A stretch of 41,990 nucleotides of DNA from a bacterium (GTDB lineage Bacteria; Sysuimicrobiota; Sysuimicrobiia; Sysuimicrobiales; Humicultoraceae). The DNA is taken from NCBI GenBank assembly GCA_041486265.1, contig JBGPLF010000002.1:1-41990 (forward strand). Direction: 5' to 3'. The number at the start of each line of letters is the position of its first letter. The first letter of the stretch is position 1. A program made the position numbers and the translations under genes. Of this stretch, positions 9,417 to 17,546 are shown piece by piece. The notes under the pieces are model-generated. The model had not been told where the DNA came from, did not search any database, and worked only from the letters and a program-made list of their open reading frames with translations.

Positions 9417-10213
9417 GCTCGTTCCCTCCTCGTCAGGAGATCCTTCGAGACACGGGCAAGTGACGTGCGGCACGCTTCAAGCGAGTTCATTTCAAAGATG
9501 ATCGTGCGGACAGAGGGCGGCAGATCCTCAGCCAGGTTGACGACCTTCGAGATCTCACCGTCGCCCCAGGCCAGGTGATCGTCCCGCCATCCGCGATTGT
9601 CATTGACGTGGACGTGCACGACGTCGCGGTCCGCAAGCAGCGCCTTCAGTTCGTGCGCGCCGGCAAGATAGCCATGGCCGACATCCAGACAGATGCGCAG
9701 CGACGGATGCCCGACGCTCTCATAGAGGTACCGCAGTTCCTCGTATTGGACGGCGTACGCGAACCCGATCGGGGGCATACCTTCGGCGAGCGAGATGGCG
9801 GGCATGTTCTCCACGTATACCTCGACGCCCGCGGATGCGGCCGCTTCGGCCAGACGCCGCAGCGACTCGATCGCGAACGGGAGCCCGTGGTCGCGCGGGT
9901 AGACTTCCTCGTACGGCGGATTCCCCGGATGCACGACCACGCCCGCCGCTCCGAGACGCGCCGCCTCCCGGATCGTGGCCGTCACCTGCCGCACCGACTC
10001 TTCACGGATCCCTGGATTGGTGCTGGCGATGTTGATGCCCAGGATCGGCATGTGCAGACTCAGCAGTCGCCCGCTCTGCCACGAGACCGGCGCGGGCCAC
10101 GCGTGGGGCGGCTCACACATCACCTCGACGCCCACGCCCAGCCCTACGAGTTCCGACTCAACCTGCCGCAGCGGCCTCCTGATCGCCCCGAAACTCGATA
10201 CGCCGAGTTGCAC
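9413..10213 (-). CDS. Sugar phosphate isomerase/epimerase (xylose isomerase-like TIM barrel)
   Basis: 266 aa, GTG start. Pattern of conserved His/Asp/Glu segments (VVHPG, YVENM, LDVGH, VHVNDN) typical of the AP-endonuclease-2/xylose-isomerase-like TIM barrel family. Confidence 0.75.
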   Translation of the reverse strand: MQLGVSSFGAIRRPLRQVESELVGLGVGVEVMCEPPHAWPAPVSWQSGRLLSLHMPILGINIASTNPGIREESVRQVTATIREAARLGAAGVVVHPGNPPYEEVYPRDHGLPFAIESLRRLAEAAASAGVEVYVENMPAISLAEGMPPIGFAYAVQYEELRYLYESVGHPSLRICLDVGHGYLAGAHELKALLADRDVVHVHVNDNRGWRDDHLAWGDGEISKVVNLAEDLPPSVRTIIFEMNSLEACRTSLARVSKDLLTRRERA

Positions 10214-10329
10214 CCTTACGGCTCCCCTGCGCCCCGTCCTTGGCGGACGGCCGCAACACCTCCACCCATCATACCACCGGTCATCCGTATGTCGCCTATG
10301 AGGTGGGGGGCTGCGTTCAGCCCGGCACG

Positions 10330-11304
10330 TCAGCGCATCCCGGGTACGTCGGCGCAGCCTGGAACCCCGCCCATGCCGCGGGCGGCGCGCACCGCGCGGC
10401 GCACGGCCTCCGCCGCGGCGCGGGCCGCCGCTTCGCCGAGCCGTACCTGGGTGGCCTCGTCCGGCGAGGGCTCACGTGAACTCGTGGCCAGGACAAACAC
10501 GGTGTCGCCATCGTAGAGGGTGTGGGAGGGGACGATCGCGCGGCTGAATCCGGCGTGCCCCTGGACGGCGAGCCGCCACGCCTGGGCCTTGGTGAGGGCG
10601 GCATTTGTCGCGATTACGGCCAGCGTCGTGTTGGTCCCAAAGCCGGCGAGCGGGACGCTCGACAGCAGCGCATCCGCCGTGCGCACGAATCGTCCGTCCG
10701 GTCCTCTCGCTCCGGCGATGATCTCACCGGTGCGGTCGTCGATGACATCGCCGAGCGCATTCACAGCCACCAGCGCGCCCACGATGGTCTCATCCGCTAG
10801 CCGCACGCTCCACGATCCGATGCCGCCCTTCATGGCGCCTGCCATCGCCAGCATCTTCCCCACGGTGGCCCCGGTGCCCGCTCCAACGCTGCCTTCTTCG
10901 ACCGGACCCGAGGAGGCGTGCAGGCAGGCTTGATATCCCATCGTGGCATCGGGGCGCACGCGCGGATCGCCGAGCGCGAGATCGAACAGGACGGCGGTCG
11001 GCACGATGGGCACGCGGGCGACCCCGACGTCGTAGCCCACCCCGCGCTCCTCGAGGTAGCGGTCGACGCCATCCGCTGCGGCTAGGCCAAAGGCGCTTCC
11101 TCCCGTCAGCAGTACCGCATGGACCTGCTGGATCAAGCTGGTCGGGTGGAGCAAATCGGTCTCGCGCGTGCCGGGCGCCGCCCCGCGGACCTCGCAGCTC
11201 GCCACCGCGCCGGCCTCGCAAAGCACGACCGTGCAGCCGGTCAGGCCGACGGGATCGGTGGCATGGCCGACGCGGACGCCGGAGATGTCAGTGATCGAGG
11301 GCAC
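10330..11304 (-). CDS. P1/S58 family peptidase (DmpA / L-aminopeptidase-D-esterase-like)
   Basis: N-terminus ITDISGVRVGHATDPVGLTGCTVVL and AAPGTRETDLL are characteristic of DmpA/S58 Ntn-hydrolase peptidases. GTG start. Confidence 0.85.
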   Translation of the reverse strand: MPSITDISGVRVGHATDPVGLTGCTVVLCEAGAVASCEVRGAAPGTRETDLLHPTSLIQQVHAVLLTGGSAFGLAAADGVDRYLEERGVGYDVGVARVPIVPTAVLFDLALGDPRVRPDATMGYQACLHASSGPVEEGSVGAGTGATVGKMLAMAGAMKGGIGSWSVRLADETIVGALVAVNALGDVIDDRTGEIIAGARGPDGRFVRTADALLSSVPLAGFGTNTTLAVIATNAALTKAQAWRLAVQGHAGFSRAIVPSHTLYDGDTVFVLATSSREPSPDEATQVRLGEAAARAAAEAVRRAVRAARGMGGVPGCADVPGMR

Positions 11305-11364
11305 GATCAGTCAGCGGGCGATTCATGGTATGATATATTGTAATACCTGGGCAAGGAGAACACC

Positions 11365-11607
11365 ATGGGGTCTGCCAAAGTCGCGATCACAATGAAGGAC
11401 GATCTGCTCATTCAGATCGACCGGTGGGTCACCGAGGGACGCTATCCGAATCGCAGCCAGGCGATTCAGGCCGCGGTGCGCGAAAAACTCGAGCGGGCCC
11501 GTCGAACGCGGCTCGCGGAGGAAGCCGCAAAGCTGAATCCGAAGGAGGAGCGATCTCTTGCAGAAGAAGGGCTCGTCGCGGAGTCAAAGGCGTGGCCCGC
11601 ATACTGA
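11365..11607 (+). CDS. Ribbon-helix-helix (CopG/MazE-type) antitoxin
   Basis: 80 aa. AKVAITMKDDLLIQIDRWV...NRSQAIQAAVREKL is an RHH pattern. SD AAGGAGAA lies 6 nt upstream. The gene overlaps the toxin gene. Confidence 0.8.
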   Translation: MGSAKVAITMKDDLLIQIDRWVTEGRYPNRSQAIQAAVREKLERARRTRLAEEAAKLNPKEERSLAEEGLVAESKAWPAY

Positions 11608-11927
11608 AAGGAGACGTTTACTGGGCTGACCTGAACCCCGTCCGGGGCCGCCAGGAGGCGGGCCTGCGGCCAGTCCTCATTATCAGCCACGAGGTGTTTA
11701 ATACCAATTCCGGAACAGTCATCGCCCTGGCGATTACGAGCCGGCAGCAACACGCGGGTTTTCCCCTGGCCCTTCGGCTGGAAAGCCTGCGCCTGCCGAA
11801 ACCTTCGTGGGTGAAGATCAGCCAGATCCGCACGATTTCGACCGAGCGGATCGGACGCAGGCTCGGCGCGGTTTCTACCGAGGAACTGGCCAGGGTGATC
11901 GACGGACTCTTTGAACTTGTCGGATAG
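11592..11927 (+). CDS. mazF: MazF/PemK family endoribonuclease toxin
   Basis: ORF 11424..11927 trimmed to GTG 11592. GDVYWADLNPVRGRQEAGLRPVLIISHEVFN...ITS is the classic MazF/PemK signature. 16-nt overlap with the antitoxin. Confidence 0.9.
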   Translation: MARILKGDVYWADLNPVRGRQEAGLRPVLIISHEVFNTNSGTVIALAITSRQQHAGFPLALRLESLRLPKPSWVKISQIRTISTERIGRRLGAVSTEELARVIDGLFELVG

Positions 11928-11947
11928 ACTAGATGTTGCTCTTCGAC

Positions 11948-12420
11948 TCAGCGGACCGGGCCGCTCATCAGTTCCATCGTTGTGGTTGAGGCGAGCGAGC
12001 CGTTGAGGTATTCCTTGGAATCCCTCCGAACCGCCATGATCCCCACGTTGTAAATGTTGAGCGACGTATCGAGCTGGCCAAGCGTCACCTTGACGTCCCA
12101 GCGAGTCGTTTGAAACGTCCCCGCGGGCACCGTGATTTTGACCTTCTCCCGAGGCGTCGTGGTGTAGCTCCACGCCAGGGCCGTCGTCTGGGTGCCGTTC
12201 ACGAAGACCTGCGCATTTCCTGATTCATCCTTCGTGCGCCCATGACCATGGCCTTGTCGAAGACGATCTCGGTCACGGTGTGCTGCGCGTCGGTCGTGAC
12301 GACCGCGGCTTCACCGAAGTGGGCGCCGTCCCATTCCGCATAGCCTCGTTCCACCGCGCCGGGCGCGAGCGTCGAATACGCATGGTACCGATGTTATACC
12401 CAGGTCCCGGCCTGCCCGAG
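11948..12420 (-). pseudogene. Decayed gene of unknown function (frameshifted, no credible start)
   Basis: The protein-like reading ...YSTLAPGAVERGYAEWDGAHFGEAAVVTTDAQHTVTEIVFDKAMVMGA switches frame near 12236-12245 into ...KDESGNAQVFVNGTQTTALAWSYTTTPREKVKITVPAGTF... (the 84-aa ORF 11948..12202). A TAA closes the upstream frame with no start codon after it. Confidence 0.3.
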
Positions 12421-12424
12421 ACTC

Positions 12425-13486
12425 CTAGACACGCAGCAGGCGGATGAGCGCGATGCTCACGACGGCGATCGTCACCGAGGCGGCCAGGCCGATGTAGAAG
12501 GGGCGCAGCCCGATCTCACGCATGCGCCTGAGATCGGCGCTGAGGCCCACGGCCGCCATTACCATCACCACGAGGAACTTCGCCGCGACGGACGCCCACC
12601 CGAGGAGCGGTGACGTGAGCGGCGTGTTGAAGAGCCCGAGCGTGTTCAGGATCGCCGCGACGACGAACCACACGATGAACCACGGGAAGATCTTCACGAG
12701 ATTCACCCGCGCCGCGCCGGTCGCGCCGCGCCGGCCCTGGGCGTAGCTGTGGGCGATGCCGAAGAGCAGGGCCAAGGGTACGAGCATGAGCGTACGTGTG
12801 AGCTTGACGACCGTGGCCACCTTCCCGGCCGGCTCGCTGAACGCCAGCGACGCGGCCAGGACCGATGACGTGTCGTGGATGGCCGTCCCTGCCCAGACGC
12901 CGAAGACCCTGTCCGAGAGGGCCAGGACATGCCCAAGCAGCGGATAGACCACCACCGCCACCACGTTGAACAGGAAGATCGTCGTCACGGCGAAGGCGAT
13001 CTCTTCTTCCTTCGATTCGATGATCGGTCCCACCGTGATGATCGCCGTCGCCCCGCAAATCGCGGTGCCCACGCCAATCAGGCTGACCAGCCCGGGCGGT
13101 GCCTGCAGCCAGCGGCCGAAAACGTAGGTGAGCACCAGGGCCAGCACGATGGTGGTGAGAATTACCACAATCGATCCTGAGCCGATTGCGATGACCTGGG
13201 CGAAGCTCAACGTCGCACCGAACAGGATGATCGCCAGCCGCAGCAGGCGCTTGAGCGTGAAGTCCACGCCCGGACGCAGCGACACGGGAGTCCCCAGCGC
13301 GTTGCGCAGTACGATGCCGCCGATCAGGGCCAGGACCGGGGCGCCGATCAGGGGGGCGACGCCTCCAAGCATCCATGCGGCGACGGCAATCACGGCGACC
13401 ATGATTAGTCCGGAGGCGAGTCCCTGAGCCGCCGCAAATGGTGGGATCTTTCCCGCACGTCCCTGCATGGACTGTGCACCGCTCAT
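12425..13486 (-). CDS. YeiH/UPF0324 family membrane protein (putative sulfate/sulfo-compound exporter family)
   Basis: 353-aa polytopic membrane protein. Segments FAQVIAIGSGSIVVIL and IGVGTAICGATAII are typical of the YeiH-type putative sulfate exporter family. Confidence 0.8.
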   Translation of the reverse strand: MSGAQSMQGRAGKIPPFAAAQGLASGLIMVAVIAVAAWMLGGVAPLIGAPVLALIGGIVLRNALGTPVSLRPGVDFTLKRLLRLAIILFGATLSFAQVIAIGSGSIVVILTTIVLALVLTYVFGRWLQAPPGLVSLIGVGTAICGATAIITVGPIIESKEEEIAFAVTTIFLFNVVAVVVYPLLGHVLALSDRVFGVWAGTAIHDTSSVLAASLAFSEPAGKVATVVKLTRTLMLVPLALLFGIAHSYAQGRRGATGAARVNLVKIFPWFIVWFVVAAILNTLGLFNTPLTSPLLGWASVAAKFLVVMVMAAVGLSADLRRMREIGLRPFYIGLAASVTIAVVSIALIRLLRV

Positions 13487-13498
13487 GCTCGCGCGCTC

Positions 13499-14860
13499 CT
13501 ATCCCGGCGGGATCATCTTCCCGGGGTTCATGAGATTGTGGGGATCCAGCGACTGCTTGATTGTCCGCATGACGCTGAGCGCCTCGCCGTGCTCGGCTTC
13601 GAGAAACTTCATTTTGCCAAACCCCACGCCGTGCTCCCCGGTGCACGTACCACCCATGGCCAGCGCGCGCATGACCATCCGCTCGTTGAGCCGCTGCGCT
13701 TCGTCCATGTCGGCGGGAGTCTCGGGATCCACCAGGTAGATCAGGTGGAAGTTCCCGTCCCCCGCGTGACCGACGAGGTCGATCGTGAGGAACGACGCCG
13801 CGTTGTCTTCTTTCGTCTTGAGGATGCATTCGGCCAGCCGCGAGAGCGGGACGCAGACATCGGTGGTCACCGCTTTGGCCCCCGGCCGCAGGGCCAGCGT
13901 GGCGAAGTAGGCGTCGTGCCGGGCCTTCCACAGCCGGGCACGTGCATCCGGATCGGTCGCCCACCGGAAGTCGGGGCCGCCGTGCTCGGCGGCGATTCCC
14001 CTGACCGTCTCGGCCTGCTCGGATACGCTGCGCTCGCTCGCGCCGTGGAACTCCAGGAACAGCGTCGGCGCGACCGGGCAATCGAGGCCGGAGTACCGGT
14101 TGACGGCATCCATCTGGACCTCATCGAGCAACTCGATCCGCGCGACCGGGATGCCGAGCTGGATGGTGGTGATGACCGTGTCGACGGCGCCCTCGATTGT
14201 GGCGAAGGGACACGTCGCGGCGGAGATGGACTCGGGGAGGCCGTAAAGCCTGACGGTGAGCTCGGTGATGACCCCCAGGGTGCCTTCGGACCCGACGAAG
14301 AGCCGGGTCAGATCATAGCCCGACGCGGACTTTCGCGCGCGCCCGCCGGTGTTGATCACCCGGCCGTCGGCCAGCACGACGGTCAGGCCGAGCACGTTCT
14401 CGCGCATCGTCCCGTAGCGGACCGCCGTCGTCCCGGACGCGCGCGTGGCGGCCATGCCGCCGAGCGTGGCCTCGGCGCCCGGATCAACCGAGAAGAACAA
14501 CCCGGTGTGGCGCAGGTGCCGGTTGAGCTGCTGCTGCGTCACGCCCGCTTCGACCGTAGCGTCCATGTCTTCGGGGCTCACGCGCCGGATGCGATTCATC
14601 CGGCTCATGTCGACGCACACGCCGCCCTGCAGCGCGGCGACGTGCCCTTCGAGCGAGGTGCCCGCACCAAACGGCACCATCGGCGTGCGGTGCCGGGCGC
14701 ACGCGGTTACGATGTCGTGCACTTCTTCGGTCGTTTCGGGGAAGGCGACCGCGTCAGGCGGGTGGGGAGGGAGGTACGACTCGCCGCGGCTGTGGTGATC
14801 GCGCACTGCGGCCGCCGTCGAGAACCGGTCGCCCAACAGCGCCCGGAGTTCGGCGATCAA
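13499..14860 (-). CDS. FAD-linked oxidase, D-lactate dehydrogenase (cytochrome)/GlcD-like 2-hydroxyacid dehydrogenase
   Basis: 453 aa, TTG start. PCMH-type FAD-binding N-domain (VPFGAGTSLEGH) and C-terminal GEHGVGFGKMKFL and DPHNLMNPGK motifs. Confidence 0.9.
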   Translation of the reverse strand: MIAELRALLGDRFSTAAAVRDHHSRGESYLPPHPPDAVAFPETTEEVHDIVTACARHRTPMVPFGAGTSLEGHVAALQGGVCVDMSRMNRIRRVSPEDMDATVEAGVTQQQLNRHLRHTGLFFSVDPGAEATLGGMAATRASGTTAVRYGTMRENVLGLTVVLADGRVINTGGRARKSASGYDLTRLFVGSEGTLGVITELTVRLYGLPESISAATCPFATIEGAVDTVITTIQLGIPVARIELLDEVQMDAVNRYSGLDCPVAPTLFLEFHGASERSVSEQAETVRGIAAEHGGPDFRWATDPDARARLWKARHDAYFATLALRPGAKAVTTDVCVPLSRLAECILKTKEDNAASFLTIDLVGHAGDGNFHLIYLVDPETPADMDEAQRLNERMVMRALAMGGTCTGEHGVGFGKMKFLEAEHGEALSVMRTIKQSLDPHNLMNPGKMIPPG

Positions 14861-14931
14861 TGCTTCGTCGGCCCTCCGACGGCGCGGCGATTCGATGGTC
14901 CTTGAATCCCCTTCCTGCCACGCGTGGCGCG

Positions 14932-15492
14932 CTAGGGGCTTCGTAGCGCCTCCACGAAGCGATCTTTGTAGTAGATCGGACGCCGTGGGATCCCGCCGGA
15001 CGCCGCCGAGGGTTCCACCCTGGCCACAATCAGCCAGGGACCCGGATCCCGTAGCGCGCGCTGAGCGGCGCCCAGGAACGCGTCCAAGGTCGCGACGTCT
15101 TCGACCGCCGTGAGACCTGCGCCCCGCCCAATCGCGGCCAGATTGGTCCCTCTGGCGGTATGTGTCGCCTGTCCCCCCGTGGTCTCATACATCTGGTTGT
15201 CGAACACGATGTGGACCAGGTTTGGAGGGCGTTGAGAGGCGATCGTGGCGAGCGTTCCGAGGTTCATCAGCAGGGAGCCGTCTCCGTCCAGGACGACAAC
15301 CCGGAGCAGCGGGCGGGCGAGCGCCAGCCCCAACCCTATCGACGATACCGATCCCATGGCCCCCCACATGTAGAAGTTCTCGGGGCGATCGCCGGCGGCC
15401 ATAAGATCATAGGTGTTCGCTCCCAGGTTGGCCAGTATGGGCTGCCGGTCAAGGAGCTGGAGGAGACCGCGAATCGCTTGGATCCTGGTCAT
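14932..15492 (-). CDS. comE: Thiamine-diphosphate enzyme beta subunit, sulfopyruvate decarboxylase ComE-like
   Basis: TPP-binding motif VLDGDGSLLMNLGTLATI...VFDNQMYETTGGQ. Split-subunit architecture. ATGA overlap with the alpha subunit. Confidence 0.75.
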   Translation of the reverse strand: MTRIQAIRGLLQLLDRQPILANLGANTYDLMAAGDRPENFYMWGAMGSVSSIGLGLALARPLLRVVVLDGDGSLLMNLGTLATIASQRPPNLVHIVFDNQMYETTGGQATHTARGTNLAAIGRGAGLTAVEDVATLDAFLGAAQRALRDPGPWLIVARVEPSAASGGIPRRPIYYKDRFVEALRSP

Positions 15493-15998
15493 CGGAGCTG
15501 CTTCCCACCTGTCAGGGTCGGAGGAAGCAGCAAGGCCACGGGCTGCGAACTGGAGAAGGCCAGGCTCGAGGCGCCGCTCACCAGCGGTGCGATGTCGTCT
15601 GTTGTCTGGATCCAGAAAGCCTGGATCCCCAGAGCCTCAAGGATCCGGGGGGTCGCTCGTCCCAGGGGAACCTGCACGGGATTGAATTCTCCCAGGCGTC
15701 CTCGCTCACTGATCAGCAGCAGCAGGGGAATCTGGCAGGCGATGCCCAATGAGGCCAGGGCATTGATCGAGTTGCCGAGCCCGCTCCCCTGAAGGATCAA
15801 CACGCCGCGTTTGCCCCCAAGAAACGCGCCAGCCAGGACCGCGACCGCTTCTTCTTCACGGGTCACCGGGATGAGTGTGAAAGCGGGATCGGCGTGAAGC
15901 AGGTTCAAGAGGTGGCCGGTGACCTCATCAGGGACATAGGCGACTATCTCGACCCCGTTTGTCTTCAGCCCTTGCGCAACGACCTGACTCCATTCCAT
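15489..15998 (-). CDS. comD: Thiamine-diphosphate enzyme alpha subunit, sulfopyruvate decarboxylase ComD-like
   Basis: 169-aa TPP N-terminal (PYR) domain. IPVTREEEAVAVLAGAFLGGKRGVLILQGSGLGNSINAL matches the ComD pattern. Confidence 0.75.
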   Translation of the reverse strand: MEWSQVVAQGLKTNGVEIVAYVPDEVTGHLLNLLHADPAFTLIPVTREEEAVAVLAGAFLGGKRGVLILQGSGLGNSINALASLGIACQIPLLLLISERGRLGEFNPVQVPLGRATPRILEALGIQAFWIQTTDDIAPLVSGASSLAFSSSQPVALLLPPTLTGGKQLR

Positions 15999-16139
15999 TG
16001 ATCCTCAGATCCTCGCCCTCATCTCGACGTCAGGTGACAGTGTTTGCGGGCAGCCCCGGTCATTCCTTGTGTCCACGGGATCATCCGCCGGCATTGTGGA
16101 TTTGTCTCAAGCCAAGGTGCCCCCGTGCGAGGGTGCGAA

Positions 16140-16145
16140 TATAAT
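16140..16145 (+). promoter_or_regulatory. Candidate -10 hexamer TATAAT only 6 nt upstream of the glcD ATG (possible leaderless or very short-leader transcript)
   Basis: TATAAT at 16140-16145 and ATG at 16152. No Shine-Dalgarno in between and no convincing -35. Confidence 0.25.
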
Positions 16146-16151
16146 CGGCAT

Positions 16152-17546
16152 ATGGAACTGCCTCTGTTGATCCGCCGTCTCCAGGCGGTCGTCGGCGAGC
16201 CCTACGTCTTGCATCGCCCGGATGACCTGACCGTCTACGAACAGGACGCCCTGATGGTCGCCCGGCACAAGCCGGACCTCGTCGTGCTCCCGGGTACCAC
16301 CCAGGAGGTGTCCGACGTCGTCAAGGCTGTCCGCCAGGCCGGGCTGCCGATCGTGGCCCGCGGCGCCGGCACGGGCCTCGCCGGCGGGACGATTCCCGTC
16401 CGCGGCGGGGTCGTCATCGCGCTCACCCGCATGACGCGCGTCGACCTCGATCTGCAGAGCCGCATCGCCGTGGTGCAAGCCGGGATGGTCAATGCCGAAC
16501 TGACGGCCATGGTCGCTCCCCACGGTCTCTTCTTTGCGCCCGATCCCGGCAGCCAGGTCGCGTCCACGATCGGCGGCAACGTGGCCAACAACTCCGGCGG
16601 GCCGCACTGCCTGGCCTACGGGGTCACCAGCAATCACGTGCTGGGGATAGAAGTCGTCCTCCACGACGGCACGATCACATGGATGGGCGGCCGCGCCTGG
16701 GACGCGCCGGGGTACGACCTGATGGGCGTGCTCATCGGCTCAGAAGGCACACTCGGCATCATCACCACAGTCGTCGTGCGTCTATTGGCCAAGCGCGAGG
16801 CCGTGCGCACCCTGCTGGCCATCTACGACACCATGGATGCCGCCTGCGAAGCGACGTCCGCGGTGATCGCGGCCGGCATGGTGCCCGAGGCCCTCGAGAT
16901 TCTCGACGGGATGTCCATGCGCGCCGTCAACAAGACGCTCAACGCGGGCTTCCCCGAGGATGCCGAAGCGGCGCTGCTCATCGAAGTGGAGGGCCTGTCA
17001 GAATCGGTGCCGCTGTTGATCGAGCGCGTCGAGGCGATCTGCCGCGCGCAGGGGGCCCGGCGCATTCAGACCGCCGCGACCGTCGAGGAGCGCCTGAATC
17101 TCTGGAAGGGGCGCAAGCAGGCCTACGGCGCGCTGGGCAAACTGGCCCGGCGGGCGGTGATGCTGGACGTTTGCGCCCCGCGCTCGCGGCTGCCGGAGAT
17201 CATGCGCAAGGTTACCGACGTCGCGAAGCGCTGGAACATCGGGGTGTCCAACTTCTTTCATGCCGGCGATGGGAACCTGCACCCAAATCTATTATTTGAA
17301 TTCGACGGCGACTCGCCGGAGTTTCATCGCGTCGTCTCCGCGACCGAAGACATCATGCGCGCGTGTGTCGAGATGGGCGGGACGATTACGGGCGAGCATG
17401 GGATCGGGCTCGAGAAGCGCGAGTACCTCGGGTGGATGTTCAACGATGACGACATCGCCGCGATGAAACGAGTGAAGGCGATCTTCGATCCTGACGGCGT
17501 GCTCAACCCCGACAAGATCTTCCCGACGGGACGGTCTGTGCATTGA
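16152..17546 (+). CDS. glcD: Glycolate oxidase subunit GlcD (FAD-linked oxidase)
   Basis: ORF 16044..17546 trimmed to MELPLLIRRLQ. FAD-binding PCMH domain (VARGAGTGLAGG) and C-terminal GEHGIGLEKREYL and DPDGVLNPDKIFP. Followed by glcF and glcE. Confidence 0.9.
   Translation: MELPLLIRRLQAVVGEPYVLHRPDDLTVYEQDALMVARHKPDLVVLPGTTQEVSDVVKAVRQAGLPIVARGAGTGLAGGTIPVRGGVVIALTRMTRVDLDLQSRIAVVQAGMVNAELTAMVAPHGLFFAPDPGSQVASTIGGNVANNSGGPHCLAYGVTSNHVLGIEVVLHDGTITWMGGRAWDAPGYDLMGVLIGSEGTLGIITTVVVRLLAKREAVRTLLAIYDTMDAACEATSAVIAAGMVPEALEILDGMSMRAVNKTLNAGFPEDAEAALLIEVEGLSESVPLLIERVEAICRAQGARRIQTAATVEERLNLWKGRKQAYGALGKLARRAVMLDVCAPRSRLPEIMRKVTDVAKRWNIGVSNFFHAGDGNLHPNLLFEFDGDSPEFHRVVSATEDIMRACVEMGGTITGEHGIGLEKREYLGWMFNDDDIAAMKRVKAIFDPDGVLNPDKIFPTGRSVH

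Noticed and set aside
11325-11345. AT-rich partial palindrome GTATGATATATTGTAATAC upstream of mazE as an operator
   Set aside because: The symmetry is imperfect (several mismatches). It probably just contains the -10 region. Not strong enough to call a site.
12516-14081. 521-aa ORF on the minus strand, and the 455-aa ORF 13538..14905 on the plus strand
   Set aside because: Both overlap the YeiH-like and FAD-oxidase genes out of frame or antisense. The translations are Arg/Pro/Gly/Ala-rich with no motifs, the usual long shadow ORFs of high-GC DNA.
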